Of a stretch of DNA of 64,000 bases, positions 24,320 through 34,618 are shown one piece after another. Below the pieces are notes generated by a model. That model was not told the origin of the DNA. It did not search any database and saw only the letters and a list, made by a program, of their open reading frames with translations. This DNA is from an uncultured Pelagibacteraceae bacterium (lineage in GTDB: Bacteria > Pseudomonadota > Alphaproteobacteria > Pelagibacterales > Pelagibacteraceae), in assembly GCA_902518165.1 (NCBI GenBank), contig CABYFB010000006.1:2303-66302 (forward strand), read 5' to 3'. Position numbers and translations under genes: made by a program. Each line of letters opens with the position of its first letter. Within the stretch, counting starts at the first letter, position 1.

Positions 24320-25497
24320 TATGCAACAAGAAACTCTTTATTTGTTTCTTTGTCATACATCGTCATAATCGGATCATCATAAACTTCGTAAATACTATCA
24401 GAATAATATCCATTAAATTGAGTTCTAAATGTCAAACCGTATGCTCCCAATTGACCTAGTTCAATGTAATCACCTTCTTTTATATTATTAGGTAGAATGA
24501 AAGGTCCCTTCATATAATCCATGCTATCACATGTTGGTCCATAAAAATCAAATGAAGTCAATTTTTTTGATATAATTCTTCCACTTGTAATTATCCTTGA
24601 TGGATAAACTATATTAGGCACACCTGCATCAAATAAAGTTCCGTATGTTCCATCATTAATATATAGCTTTTGTTTTTTTCTTAAGTTTACTCTCACAATT
24701 GTCGAACCACTTTCTGCAACAATTGCTCGACCTGGCTCACATATAATTTCTGGTTTTTTTTCTAATTTTAATTTATTTAATGAATTTTTTATTTCCTCAA
24801 AATAAGAGTTTAATGATTGAGGAATTAAGTCAGGATAGATTGTTGGAAATCCTCCACCTATATTTATAAAATCTGGAACTATTTTTGTTTTTTTTATTAT
24901 ATATTTAATTTCGTTAATCCCTTTTGAATAGGATATTGGATGCATACATTGCGAACCCACATGAAAACTTAATCCTATTTTTTTTGCATACTGTTTTGTT
25001 AATCTATAAAGCCCTATTGCTTCAGAAGTTTGTGCGCCAAATTTTTTAGATAAATCTATTTCTGCGTGTTCATTGGAAACTGCAACTCTTACAAATAACT
25101 CCAAATCCTTAGCTTGATTAGTACTATTAAGAATTTTTATTAATTCATCTTTTGTATCTATTGAAAAAGTCTTAATATTATATTTGAAATATGCTTCGTT
25201 TATACTTTCCTTGCTTTTTACGGTATGCATGTAGGAGCATTTTGCATCTGGGCTAACACTTCTAATTGCCTCAACTTCTTTAATTGAAGCGATATCAAAA
25301 TCATTAATTCCGCTTTCCACGATAGTTTTTAATACTAATGGATGCGGATTAGTTTTGACTGCATATAGGATTTTACCAGGAAATTTATTCTGAAAAAATT
25401 TAGAAGCTATGTTTATAGAATCTCTTCTAATACAATAAACAGGTTCTGTTGGTTTCAGTTGGTTAACTAATTTATCAACTGATTTAAATTTTTGCAT
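24319..25497 (-). CDS. Fold-type III PLP basic amino acid decarboxylase (ODC-like; substrate Orn or Arg unresolved)
   Basis: YAVKTNP (PLP Lys), FHVGSQ, GGGFP, EPGR, GPTCDSMD. Confidence 0.88.
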   Translation of the reverse strand: MQKFKSVDKLVNQLKPTEPVYCIRRDSINIASKFFQNKFPGKILYAVKTNPHPLVLKTIVESGINDFDIASIKEVEAIRSVSPDAKCSYMHTVKSKESINEAYFKYNIKTFSIDTKDELIKILNSTNQAKDLELFVRVAVSNEHAEIDLSKKFGAQTSEAIGLYRLTKQYAKKIGLSFHVGSQCMHPISYSKGINEIKYIIKKTKIVPDFINIGGGFPTIYPDLIPQSLNSYFEEIKNSLNKLKLEKKPEIICEPGRAIVAESGSTIVRVNLRKKQKLYINDGTYGTLFDAGVPNIVYPSRIITSGRIISKKLTSFDFYGPTCDSMDYMKGPFILPNNIKEGDYIELGQLGAYGLTFRTQFNGYYSDSIYEVYDDPIMTMYDKETNKEFLVA

Positions 25498-25607
25498 TTA
25501 AAGCTCCAAAAAAAATTTAACAAAAAAAACCGGCATAACTGCTATGCAAGTTTATATAAAACGAGCATTTATGCTGAAAATGATCCAATGTAAAGTAAAA
25601 ATGTACC

Positions 25608-25635
25608 CTTGAAATAATTTAGAATGTTTCCATAT
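25608..25635 (+). promoter_or_regulatory. sigma32-like promoter of regA
   Basis: CTTGAA (25608-25613), 16 bp spacer, CCATAT (25630-25635); same geometry as the ibpA promoter. Confidence 0.55.
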
Positions 25636-25642
25636 AAGGCCC

Positions 25643-26206
25643 ATGCCAGAAGCAGAAGTATTAAAAAAAATAACAGAATTTGAGGATAAATCTCTACTTA
25701 TAGTAGATGATGATAACCCTTTTAGAGAAAGACTAGCTCGAGCAATGGAGAAAAAGGGCTTTTCTGTTTCACAAGCAGAGGGTGTAAAAATTGGAATAGA
25801 GTCTGTGAAATCAAAAAAACCTGCTTTTGCTGTTGTTGACTTGAGACTAAACGATGGAAACGGACTAGAAGTTGTAAAAGAAATCCAGAAAAATAACTCA
25901 GAAAGCAGAATAGTAATGCTTACTGGTTATGGAAATATACCAACTGCAGTAGCAGCCATTAAAGAAGGTGCAATAGACTATTTAGCTAAACCAGCAGATG
26001 CAGATGACGTAGAAAAAGCACTTTTAGCTGATCCAAATAAAAAAGCTGCGCCACCAGAAAATCCAATGTCCGCTGATAGAGTTAAATGGGAACATATTCA
26101 CAGAGTTTTTGAATTATGTAACAGAAATGTATCTGAGACTGCAAGAAGACTCAAAATGCATCGAAGAACACTTCAAAGAATTTTATCAAAAAGATCTCCA
26201 AGGTAA
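25643..26206 (+). CDS. regA: RegA/PrrA/ActR redox response regulator
   Basis: Receiver domain plus ENPMSADRVKWEHIHRV..NVSETARRLKMHRRTLQRILSKRSPR. Confidence 0.96.
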   Translation: MPEAEVLKKITEFEDKSLLIVDDDNPFRERLARAMEKKGFSVSQAEGVKIGIESVKSKKPAFAVVDLRLNDGNGLEVVKEIQKNNSESRIVMLTGYGNIPTAVAAIKEGAIDYLAKPADADDVEKALLADPNKKAAPPENPMSADRVKWEHIHRVFELCNRNVSETARRLKMHRRTLQRILSKRSPR

Positions 26207-26208
26207 TT

Positions 26209-26760
26209 CTAAATATATTTTCTAAGTTTAATAATTTTGTTAACTAAAGCTGTTAGTAATAATATCTTAAAAAATTCAGCATAAAGAAATGGGTAAACAC
26301 CAAATTCTAATATTGGTTTATCCCAACCGATTAGATTTCCAAGCCACAAAATACCCAAAATATATATTACTGATGTTGCAATTATAATTTTTAAAAAATT
26401 TAATATATGGTTTTTATCGTATGTAAATAAGCCTGCTATCAGACATGCAAATATAAAACCTATTAAATATCCCATAGTTGGACCAGCAAAATAAGCTAAT
26501 CCTATTCCTTTCTCTGGTGAGTTAGAAAATACTGGTAATCCTATAATTCCTTCTATCAAATAAAAAAATACCGAAAGTACCCCGACTTTATATCCAAAGG
26601 AAATTCCTAAAAACAAAACTATAAATGTTTGCATAGTCATAGGAACTGGATAAAAAGGTATTTTAATTTTTGCAGATATTGTCAATAAAATAGAACCTAT
26701 TAATGCAAATATTACGATTTTAATTATTCTATTATTAGAAATTGAATTTACTAATTCCAT
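26209..26760 (-). CDS. bioY: Biotin transporter BioY
   Basis: PFYPVPMTMQT, GLPVF, GPTMGYLIGF. Confidence 0.92.
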   Translation of the reverse strand: MELVNSISNNRIIKIVIFALIGSILLTISAKIKIPFYPVPMTMQTFIVLFLGISFGYKVGVLSVFFYLIEGIIGLPVFSNSPEKGIGLAYFAGPTMGYLIGFIFACLIAGLFTYDKNHILNFLKIIIATSVIYILGILWLGNLIGWDKPILEFGVYPFLYAEFFKILLLTALVNKIIKLRKYI

Positions 26761-26860
26761 TAGCTTTAAATTACTATTTTAATAAAGTTTAATCCACTAA
26801 TATTTATTAACAGGATGTTTTATTCTTACTATAATACGTCAATTTATTATAAATTAAATT

Positions 26861-29626
26861 ATGGGTAAAATTAAAAAAACAGATCATTTCTATCTTATTG
26901 ATGGGTCCGGATACATATTTAGAGCCTATTATGCATTGCCACCATTAACACGAAAAAGTGATGGTTTGCCAGTTGGAGCAGTAAGTGGATTTTGTAACAT
27001 GCTGTTTAAATTATTAGAGGACTCTAAATCTAGCGAAAATTTAGAAAAACCAACTCATTTTGCAGTAATCTTTGACTCTGCAAGAAAGAATTTTCGAAAC
27101 GAAATATATTCAGATTACAAAGGAAATAGGTCTGATGCTCCCGATGATCTAATTCCACAATTCGATTATATTAGAAAGTCAGTATTAGCATTCAATTTAC
27201 CCTCTATAGAAATGTTAAATTACGAAGCTGATGATTTGATAGCCACCTATGTAGAGCAAATATTAGACGAAGGTGCAAAGGTTACAATTGTATCATCTGA
27301 CAAAGATTTAATGCAACTTTTCAAAAAAAAGGTTCGTATATACGATCCAATGAAGAATAAATTTATATCTAATGACGACGTAATCAATAAATTTGGGGTT
27401 GGTCCGGATAAAGTAATTGATGTTCAATCACTAGCAGGGGATAGTACAGACAATGTACCTGGCGTTCCAGGTATTGGTGTAAAAACAGCAGCAGAATTAA
27501 TTAAGGAATATGGAAATTTAGAAAACCTTCTCAAAAACGCAAATAAAATAAAACAGAATAAAAGAAGAGAAACACTTTTAGAAAATAAAGATAAGGCTCT
27601 GGTAAGTAAAAAACTGGTCACATTAAAAAATGATGTTCCGGTGAAAGACAAATTAACTGATTTTGTTCTAAAAAAAGTAGACGTAGACAAGTTATACAAT
27701 TTTTTGAGAGAAATGGAATTTAATAGGTTATTGAGTTCGGCAATTTCGACGTATGGTCAATCCCAATTTAGTGATGAAATAGAAGTCAAAAAAGAAACAT
27801 CTAAAATATCAAAAGATAAATATGTTTTGATAAAAAATTTATCTGAAATAAAAGATTGGATGCAAGAAGCCGAAGAAGCTGGTGAATTTTCTATTGATAC
27901 TGAAACAGACTCTCTTGACCCACATCAGGCAAATTTAGTTGGTATCTCAATTTCTAGCAAAATAGGTAAAGCTTGTTACATTCCAACAGGTCATATTGAT
28001 AAAAATAATCTAAATGAAAAAGATGTTTTAAGAATTTTAAAACCATATTTAGAGGATAAAAGTTTAAAAAAAATTGGGCAAAATATTAAATTCGATTACA
28101 TAATATTTCGTAAAAGGAATATAGATATTCAAAGCATGGAAGATACAATGTTGATGTCATACGTATTAGATGCTGGGAAAAATAGACATAATATGGATAC
28201 CCTTTCAGATATTCATCTTGGTCACAAAACAATTAAATATAAAGATCTTGTTGGATCTGGAAAAAAAGAAATTAAATTCAGTCAAGTAGAGTTAAATATT
28301 GCAAAAGATTATGCGGCAGAAGATGCTGATATAACTTACCGTTTATATAAAATATTTTTGAAATCGCTTAAATCAGAAAAATTACTAAATATTTATGAAA
28401 TTTTCGAAAAACCTTTAATTAAAATTTTAGCATCAATGGAAATCAATGGCATAAAATTGGATAATAATTTTCTTAAAAAATTATCTGTTAAGTTTGAAAA
28501 AAAACTTCAAGATTTAGAAAAACAAATTTTTAAAATTTCAAAAAAAAAATTTAATATTGCATCGACTAAACAGTTGGGTGAAATAATGTATAATGACCTC
28601 AAAATTGCATCGCTAAAAAAGACTAAAAAAGGAAGTTTTGCAACTGGTGCAGCAGTTCTAGAGGATTTAGCTTACAAAGGGAATGAATTTCCTAAATTGG
28701 TTTTAGAATGGAGGCAATCTAGTAAATTGAAAAATACATATTCAGATTCTTTACCAGAGCATTTAAATCCCAATACAAAAAGAGTGCATACATCTTTTCT
28801 GTTAGCAGCAACTACAACAGGTAGACTTGCATCTAGTGATCCAAATTTACAAAATATTCCTATTAAAACTCAGGAGGGCAAAGATATTCGTAAAGCCTTC
28901 ATATCAGAAGAAAATAAAAAACTTATATCAGCAGACTATAATCAGATCGAAATGAGAATTTTGGCTGATCTAGCTGATGTAAAAGAACTAAAAAAAGCTT
29001 TTAAAAATAATGAGGATATTCACTCATTAACCGCTAGCCAGGTTTTTGGTGCAGACATAAAAAAAATTGACGCTGATATGAGGAGAAAAGCGAAAGCTAT
29101 TAATTTTGGAATAATTTATGGAATATCTCAATATGGTTTGGCCAAACAAATTGGTGTATCAAACAATGAAGCTGAAGAATTTCTAAATTCATATTTTATT
29201 AAATTTCCAGAAATTAAAGAATACATGAATAACACAGTTAAATTCTGTAGAAAAAGTGGATATGTAAGAAATATTTTTGGTCGAAAAACTCATATTCCAG
29301 GAATCAATGACAAAAATTTTAATGTTAGAAATTTTCAAGAAAGGGCAGCTATAAATGCACCTATCCAAGGATCTGCATCAGAAATAATGCGACTTGCTAT
29401 GATTAGAATCAACAATGAGCTTGATACTAAAAAAACGAATGAATTTAATATGTTGCTTCAAATTCACGATGAATTGATTTTTGAGGTAATTGATAATGGC
29501 ACTAAATCTGCTTCTAAAAAGATTAAAGATATTATGACAAGTGTGAAAGATAGTGATTTGCATTCATTTTCAATACCATTATCGGTAGATGTAAACATAG
29601 GTGATAACTGGGGAGAGCTTCATTAA
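26861..29626 (+). CDS. polA: DNA polymerase I
   Basis: 5'-3' exonuclease (LIDGS, EADD), 3'-5' exonuclease (IDTET), polymerase motifs (SADYNQIE, KAINFGIIYG, QIHDE). Confidence 0.98.
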   Translation: MGKIKKTDHFYLIDGSGYIFRAYYALPPLTRKSDGLPVGAVSGFCNMLFKLLEDSKSSENLEKPTHFAVIFDSARKNFRNEIYSDYKGNRSDAPDDLIPQFDYIRKSVLAFNLPSIEMLNYEADDLIATYVEQILDEGAKVTIVSSDKDLMQLFKKKVRIYDPMKNKFISNDDVINKFGVGPDKVIDVQSLAGDSTDNVPGVPGIGVKTAAELIKEYGNLENLLKNANKIKQNKRRETLLENKDKALVSKKLVTLKNDVPVKDKLTDFVLKKVDVDKLYNFLREMEFNRLLSSAISTYGQSQFSDEIEVKKETSKISKDKYVLIKNLSEIKDWMQEAEEAGEFSIDTETDSLDPHQANLVGISISSKIGKACYIPTGHIDKNNLNEKDVLRILKPYLEDKSLKKIGQNIKFDYIIFRKRNIDIQSMEDTMLMSYVLDAGKNRHNMDTLSDIHLGHKTIKYKDLVGSGKKEIKFSQVELNIAKDYAAEDADITYRLYKIFLKSLKSEKLLNIYEIFEKPLIKILASMEINGIKLDNNFLKKLSVKFEKKLQDLEKQIFKISKKKFNIASTKQLGEIMYNDLKIASLKKTKKGSFATGAAVLEDLAYKGNEFPKLVLEWRQSSKLKNTYSDSLPEHLNPNTKRVHTSFLLAATTTGRLASSDPNLQNIPIKTQEGKDIRKAFISEENKKLISADYNQIEMRILADLADVKELKKAFKNNEDIHSLTASQVFGADIKKIDADMRRKAKAINFGIIYGISQYGLAKQIGVSNNEAEEFLNSYFIKFPEIKEYMNNTVKFCRKSGYVRNIFGRKTHIPGINDKNFNVRNFQERAAINAPIQGSASEIMRLAMIRINNELDTKKTNEFNMLLQIHDELIFEVIDNGTKSASKKIKDIMTSVKDSDLHSFSIPLSVDVNIGDNWGELH

Positions 29627-29677
29627 TAAACATTTAATTGCCCAATTTTAAACATTTTAGTATTTTTATAGTTAAAC

Positions 29678-30376
29678 ATGAAACATACAATTGCCCTTGT
29701 TGATGATGATAGAAATATATTAACTAGTTTAAGTATTGCTTTAGAGAAAGAGGGTTTTAATATTCAAACTTATTTGGATGGAGAAAGTGCCTTAATTGGT
29801 TTGTCAAGAAATCCCCCAGACCTTGCAGTTATAGATATTAAAATGCCAAGAATGGATGGAGAAGAATTGTTAAAAAAATTGAGAAAAAAAACATCTATGC
29901 CAGTTATCTTTTTAACTTCAAAAGATGAAGAGGTGGATGAGCTCTTAGGACTAAAACTAGGGGCAGATGATTTTGTAAAAAAATCAGGTGGTTTTTCAAC
30001 TAAAGTTCTTATTGAAAGAATTCGTGTCCAACTTAGAAAAAAAGATAATAATTTAGAGGATAATCGAAATATAATTTCACATGGAAAATTAAAACTTGAC
30101 CCTTCACAGCTAGAGTGTGAATGGGATGGCAAGCAATTACCAGATAAATTAACAACAACAGAATTTTTAATTGTAAAGGAATTAGCAAAAAGACCTGGAA
30201 TTATTAAAGAAAGATCTCAATTAATGGATGTTGCTTACAGAGAAGACACAGATATTGAAGATAGAACAATAGATAGTCACGTAAAAAGGATTAGAAAAAA
30301 GTTTAAAAAAGTAGATAATAACTTTTCAGCGATAGAAACCAGATATGGTAGTGGTTATCGTTGGAATGTTAAATAA
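29678..30376 (+). CDS. chvI: ChvI response regulator
   Basis: IALVDDDRNILTS, DIKMPRMDG, DRTIDSHVKRIRKKFK, ETRYGSGYR. Confidence 0.93.
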   Translation: MKHTIALVDDDRNILTSLSIALEKEGFNIQTYLDGESALIGLSRNPPDLAVIDIKMPRMDGEELLKKLRKKTSMPVIFLTSKDEEVDELLGLKLGADDFVKKSGGFSTKVLIERIRVQLRKKDNNLEDNRNIISHGKLKLDPSQLECEWDGKQLPDKLTTTEFLIVKELAKRPGIIKERSQLMDVAYREDTDIEDRTIDSHVKRIRKKFKKVDNNFSAIETRYGSGYRWNVK

Positions 30377-31908
30377 TGGCTACTTCAAAATCTAATAATC
30401 AATCTATTTTAAAAAAATTCTTAGTTATCAACTTTATTGTTTTTTTAGTGATAGGTGTATTAACATTATTTTATCTTAACACAGTAAAACCTACGCTCAT
30501 TAAAAATAAAACTGCCTCGCACATAAAAATTATTGATAATACAACAGAAAATATTGATCGTTTAAAAATAAATTTTTCATCTGAAGATATTAGAGAGTTT
30601 CTGTTTTCCACTAAATTTTTATTTCAAAGTATAGATAGAGTACAGATATTTGATAGTGAATTTAATCTATTGGGAGATACCGACACATTAGACTTAGATC
30701 CAAATGCTTTCTCAAGAAGTCTAAACATAATTGAGATGAGTGACTTAAATAATCAAAGTATTCAAAATAAGAATTTCGAAGAGAGTAATAAAAACTTTGA
30801 AAGTAAAGAAATATTTGAAGATTTAAAAAAGTACTCTTATTCATCAGATTATGGAAAACCATTAACTTACTCTAAAGAAAACTATGATCAATTTTTATTA
30901 GTAACTGTTAAAAATGTAGTCAGTGAAAACAAAACAATAGGCTATTTAGCTATTACTGAAAATGCCAATGAAATAAAGGTTGCAATAGATGAAAGAAGAA
31001 ATTTTATAATCAGAACTGCTTTGCTTGTCGCATTAGTAATTTTAATTTTTTCATATGTATTAAATAGATACTTCTTAAAACCAATTAAAAATTTGGTTCA
31101 ATATACAAATATTATAAAAAATAAAAGCAAGGAAAAGACCAATATTGGAAATATAAAAAAAAGAAATGATGAATTGGGCAAATTATCAAATTCTCTTGAT
31201 GAAATGACTAATGAATTAAACAAAAGAATTACTACAGCAGAAAACTATTCAACAGATCTTTTGCATGAAATCAGAAATCCTTTGGCATCTCTAAAAAGTG
31301 CCTCTGAGATAATTTCTGAAACAAATGATAAATCTCAAAGAAACAAATTAATTAATATAGTATCACATGATGTAGAGAGAATCGAAAGATTAATAACTGA
31401 TTACTCTCAAATGCTAAGAGATGAGGCTGCAATCTCCTCTGAGAAAATGCAAAAATTAAATTTAAAAGAGATTGCCCAATCTGTTGTTGATGATTTTAAC
31501 AGTATCTATGAAACAAAAAAATCGATTGGAATTAAATTAAAATCTAATGGAATTAAAAATTATAGTATCTTAGGGATAGAAAATAGAATTGAACAAATTA
31601 TTGCAAACTTATTAGAAAACTCAATTTCTTTTAGTGAAAATAATCAAGAAATTACCGTTGAAATATCAAAAGATAAAAATGAAAAAATTAAATTAGTTGT
31701 CGTTGATCAGGGATCTGGATTTAGTGAAAAGGATACAAATAAGATATTTAATAGATTTTATAGTAATAGACCCGAAAACTTTGGAGAACATTCGGGTTTG
31801 GGATTAAATATTGTCAAAAATTTAGTTGAAATTCATGGTGGTGAAATCAACGCATCTAATAATAAAGATAAAGGGGCAAGAATTGAAATAATTTTCCCAG
31901 AAGTATAA
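30376..31908 (+). CDS. chvG: ChvG-like sensor histidine kinase
   Basis: Two TM segments, HAMP, H-box HEIRNPLASL, RFYSNRP..FGEHSGLGL; coupled to chvI. Confidence 0.85.
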   Translation: MATSKSNNQSILKKFLVINFIVFLVIGVLTLFYLNTVKPTLIKNKTASHIKIIDNTTENIDRLKINFSSEDIREFLFSTKFLFQSIDRVQIFDSEFNLLGDTDTLDLDPNAFSRSLNIIEMSDLNNQSIQNKNFEESNKNFESKEIFEDLKKYSYSSDYGKPLTYSKENYDQFLLVTVKNVVSENKTIGYLAITENANEIKVAIDERRNFIIRTALLVALVILIFSYVLNRYFLKPIKNLVQYTNIIKNKSKEKTNIGNIKKRNDELGKLSNSLDEMTNELNKRITTAENYSTDLLHEIRNPLASLKSASEIISETNDKSQRNKLINIVSHDVERIERLITDYSQMLRDEAAISSEKMQKLNLKEIAQSVVDDFNSIYETKKSIGIKLKSNGIKNYSILGIENRIEQIIANLLENSISFSENNQEITVEISKDKNEKIKLVVVDQGSGFSEKDTNKIFNRFYSNRPENFGEHSGLGLNIVKNLVEIHGGEINASNNKDKGARIEIIFPEV

Positions 31909-31952
31909 ATCTTTGTTGATATATTAATTAAAATTGTTAAAAGCCTCTTTCT

Positions 31953-33239
31953 ATGGAAGATTTTAAAGTAAAAGATATATCCCAAGCGGAATTTGGAAGA
32001 AAAGAAATTTCACTGGCTGAAACCGAAATGCCAGGATTAATGGCTCTTAGAGAAGAATATAAGGGTAAAAAACCTTTAAATGGAGCTCGGATTGTTGGTT
32101 GTTTACACATGACAATACAAACAGCTGTCTTAATAGAAACTTTAGTTGAGTTAGGAGCCGAAGTAAGATGGTCCTCATGTAATATTTTTTCGACACAAGA
32201 CCATGCGGCAGCAGCAATTGCAAAAGCTGGCATTCCTGTATTTGCTTGGAAAGGCGAAACAGAAGAAGAATATTGGTGGTGTGTAAAGCAAACTATTGAA
32301 GGCAAAGATGGCTGGAAACCAAATATGATACTTGATGATGGTGGTGATCTTACAGCATTGATGCACAAAGATTATAAAGAATTATTAGATGATGTTAAAG
32401 GTTTATCAGAAGAGACAACTACAGGAGTTTTAGCATTAAAAAAAATGGAAATTGAAGGTAATTTACTTGTCCCAGCAATAAATGTTAATGACTCAGTAAC
32501 AAAATCTAAGTTCGACAATTTATATGGTTGCAGAGAAAGTTTAGTTGATGGAATTAAAAGAGCAACTGACGTCATGATGTCAGGTAAGGTAGCTATTGTA
32601 GCTGGATTTGGAGATGTTGGAAAGGGAAGCGCCGCTTCTCTTCGTCAAAGCGGTGCAAGAGTTATGGTTACAGAAACAGACCCAATCTGTGCTCTCCAAG
32701 CTGCAATGGAAGGTTATGAAGTAGTTTTAATGGATGAGATGATAAAAGAAGCCGACATTGTTGTTACGGCAACAGGAAATAAAGATATTGTGACAGCTGA
32801 CCATATGAGAGAAATGAAAGATAGAGCAATTTTATGCAATATTGGTCACTTTGATAATGAGATCCAAGTAGATGCTCTCAAAAATTATAAATGGGATGAA
32901 ATAAAACCACAAGTTCACGAAATTACATTGCCAGATGGAAAAAGAATTATTTTATTAGCAGAAGGTAGATTAGTTAATCTTGGATGTGCAACAGGACACC
33001 CAAGTTTTGTAATGAGTGCTTCTTTTACAAATCAAGTAACAGCTCAGATAGAATTATGGAATAACTCAGATAAATATGAGAAAAAAGTATATGTTTTACC
33101 TAAACATTTAGATGAGAAAGTAGCCAGACTTCATTTAGAAAAAGTTGGAGCTAAATTAACCAAATTATCAGATGATCAAGCAAAATATATAAGTGTAACA
33201 CCAGAAGGACCTTATAAACCAGATGCCTATCGCTACTAA
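31953..33239 (+). CDS. ahcY: S-adenosylhomocysteine hydrolase
   Basis: [47 protein letters not shown]. Confidence 0.98.
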   Translation: MEDFKVKDISQAEFGRKEISLAETEMPGLMALREEYKGKKPLNGARIVGCLHMTIQTAVLIETLVELGAEVRWSSCNIFSTQDHAAAAIAKAGIPVFAWKGETEEEYWWCVKQTIEGKDGWKPNMILDDGGDLTALMHKDYKELLDDVKGLSEETTTGVLALKKMEIEGNLLVPAINVNDSVTKSKFDNLYGCRESLVDGIKRATDVMMSGKVAIVAGFGDVGKGSAASLRQSGARVMVTETDPICALQAAMEGYEVVLMDEMIKEADIVVTATGNKDIVTADHMREMKDRAILCNIGHFDNEIQVDALKNYKWDEIKPQVHEITLPDGKRIILLAEGRLVNLGCATGHPSFVMSASFTNQVTAQIELWNNSDKYEKKVYVLPKHLDEKVARLHLEKVGAKLTKLSDDQAKYISVTPEGPYKPDAYRY

Positions 33240-33705
33240 AAGTAGCAAAATAGATATTTCAAAAGAAATTATCACACAAAAAATTGCTGAAAAAATTGCA
33301 AGTAAAGTTAGCAAAAATACAACTTTGCTTTTTTATGGAAACATCGGAGTAGGTAAGACTACATTTATTAGGCATCTAATCAATTATCTTCAAATAAAAA
33401 ATGGTTTAGAAACAACAGAAATACCTAGTCCAACTTTTAATATTATAAATGAATATGAGATCAATTCTTTGATTGTTAGACATTTTGATCTTTACAGAAT
33501 TAAAGATAAAAAAGAATTAAATAATTTAGGAATTAATGAAAATTTAGAAGATTATGCTAGATTAATTGAATGGCCTGAAATCTTAGGTAAAAATATAGAA
33601 AGTACTTTTACATTAAAATTTGAATATGATGAAAAGCTTGAAAATAGGTACTTAATTATATCTAATAATATTGATTTTGATTTTAATGAATTTGAAAAAA
33701 TTTAA
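33223..33705 (+). CDS. tsaE: tRNA t6A biosynthesis ATPase
   Basis: [25 protein letters not shown]. Confidence 0.92.
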   Translation: MPIATKSSKIDISKEIITQKIAEKIASKVSKNTTLLFYGNIGVGKTTFIRHLINYLQIKNGLETTEIPSPTFNIINEYEINSLIVRHFDLYRIKDKKELNNLGINENLEDYARLIEWPEILGKNIESTFTLKFEYDEKLENRYLIISNNIDFDFNEFEKI

Positions 33706-34618
33706 AAAACTATCAGGAGATGCATCTTTTAGACAATTTTATAGAACAAATAATTCAGTTTTAGTTTATAGCAAAATTCAAAAGCGATCAAACCTGTTAA
33801 ATTATGATGCAGTTAACAAAATATTGATTAAAAATAAAATATTAGCCCCAGTTTTAATTAGTCAAAATTATAAAAAAAACTTTATAGAAATTGAGGATTT
33901 CGGCAATAAAAACATGTTGGGTAAAATTAAATCCTCCAAAAATAAATTAAATGAATACAAAAAAATACTAAATATTCTATATCAAATTCAAAAAATTAAA
34001 AATTTTAAAACTCAAAATTTTCTTAAAAAAAAATTTAATTTATCAAACTATTCCAAAGCTAAAATACTTAAAGAGTCATACCTTTTTTTGGATTGGTACT
34101 TAGCAGCAAATAAATTAATTATTCAAAAAGGATATTTAAAAAAAAATCTCAAAAAAATAATAGATAATTTGTATTTAAATTTAAAAATCAAACACAAAGT
34201 GTTTGTACATAGAGATTTTCACGTCTCGAACATGATGTTTTATAAAAATAAAATCACTTTAATAGATAGTCAAGATGCTGTCTTGGGTAATCCAGCATAT
34301 GATTTGGCCTCACTTATTGATGATGTAAGAATTAAAACTTCAAGCAGTTTTAAGTCAAATATTTTAAAAGTATTTCTTAGTAAATTTAAGTATAAAAATG
34401 AGTCTGAATTTATTAATGATTTTGAAATTTTATCTGTTTTAAGAAATCTAAAAATAATTGGTATATTCACAAGACTTGCAAAAAGAGATAAAAAAAGAAA
34501 ATATCTAAAATTAATACCTTATGCGTGGAAATTAATTGATAATCGTATTAAAAATAATCCAAATTTCCATGATTTAAAAAATTTTCTACAAAAAAATCCT
34601 AGAATAAAAAAAATATGA
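33686..34618 (+). CDS. amgK: N-acetylmuramate/GlcNAc anomeric kinase (APH-like)
   Basis: GDASFRQFYR, IEDFG, HRDFHVSN, DSQDA..GNPAYDLASL, GIFTRL; between tsaE and murU. Confidence 0.85.
   Translation: MNLKKFKKLSGDASFRQFYRTNNSVLVYSKIQKRSNLLNYDAVNKILIKNKILAPVLISQNYKKNFIEIEDFGNKNMLGKIKSSKNKLNEYKKILNILYQIQKIKNFKTQNFLKKKFNLSNYSKAKILKESYLFLDWYLAANKLIIQKGYLKKNLKKIIDNLYLNLKIKHKVFVHRDFHVSNMMFYKNKITLIDSQDAVLGNPAYDLASLIDDVRIKTSSSFKSNILKVFLSKFKYKNESEFINDFEILSVLRNLKIIGIFTRLAKRDKKRKYLKLIPYAWKLIDNRIKNNPNFHDLKNFLQKNPRIKKI

Noticed and set aside
31909-31952. SAH riboswitch upstream of ahcY
   Set aside because: The spacer is only 44 nt, AT-rich, and largely occupied by a promoter
31937-32368. 143-aa antisense ORF over ahcY; similar shadow ORFs at 1239-1457, 5772-6131, 14988-15461, 23394-23657, 29770-30132 and 61333-61533
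   Set aside because: They lie antisense to well-conserved genes, have no recognisable motifs, and are explained by codon bias of the real gene
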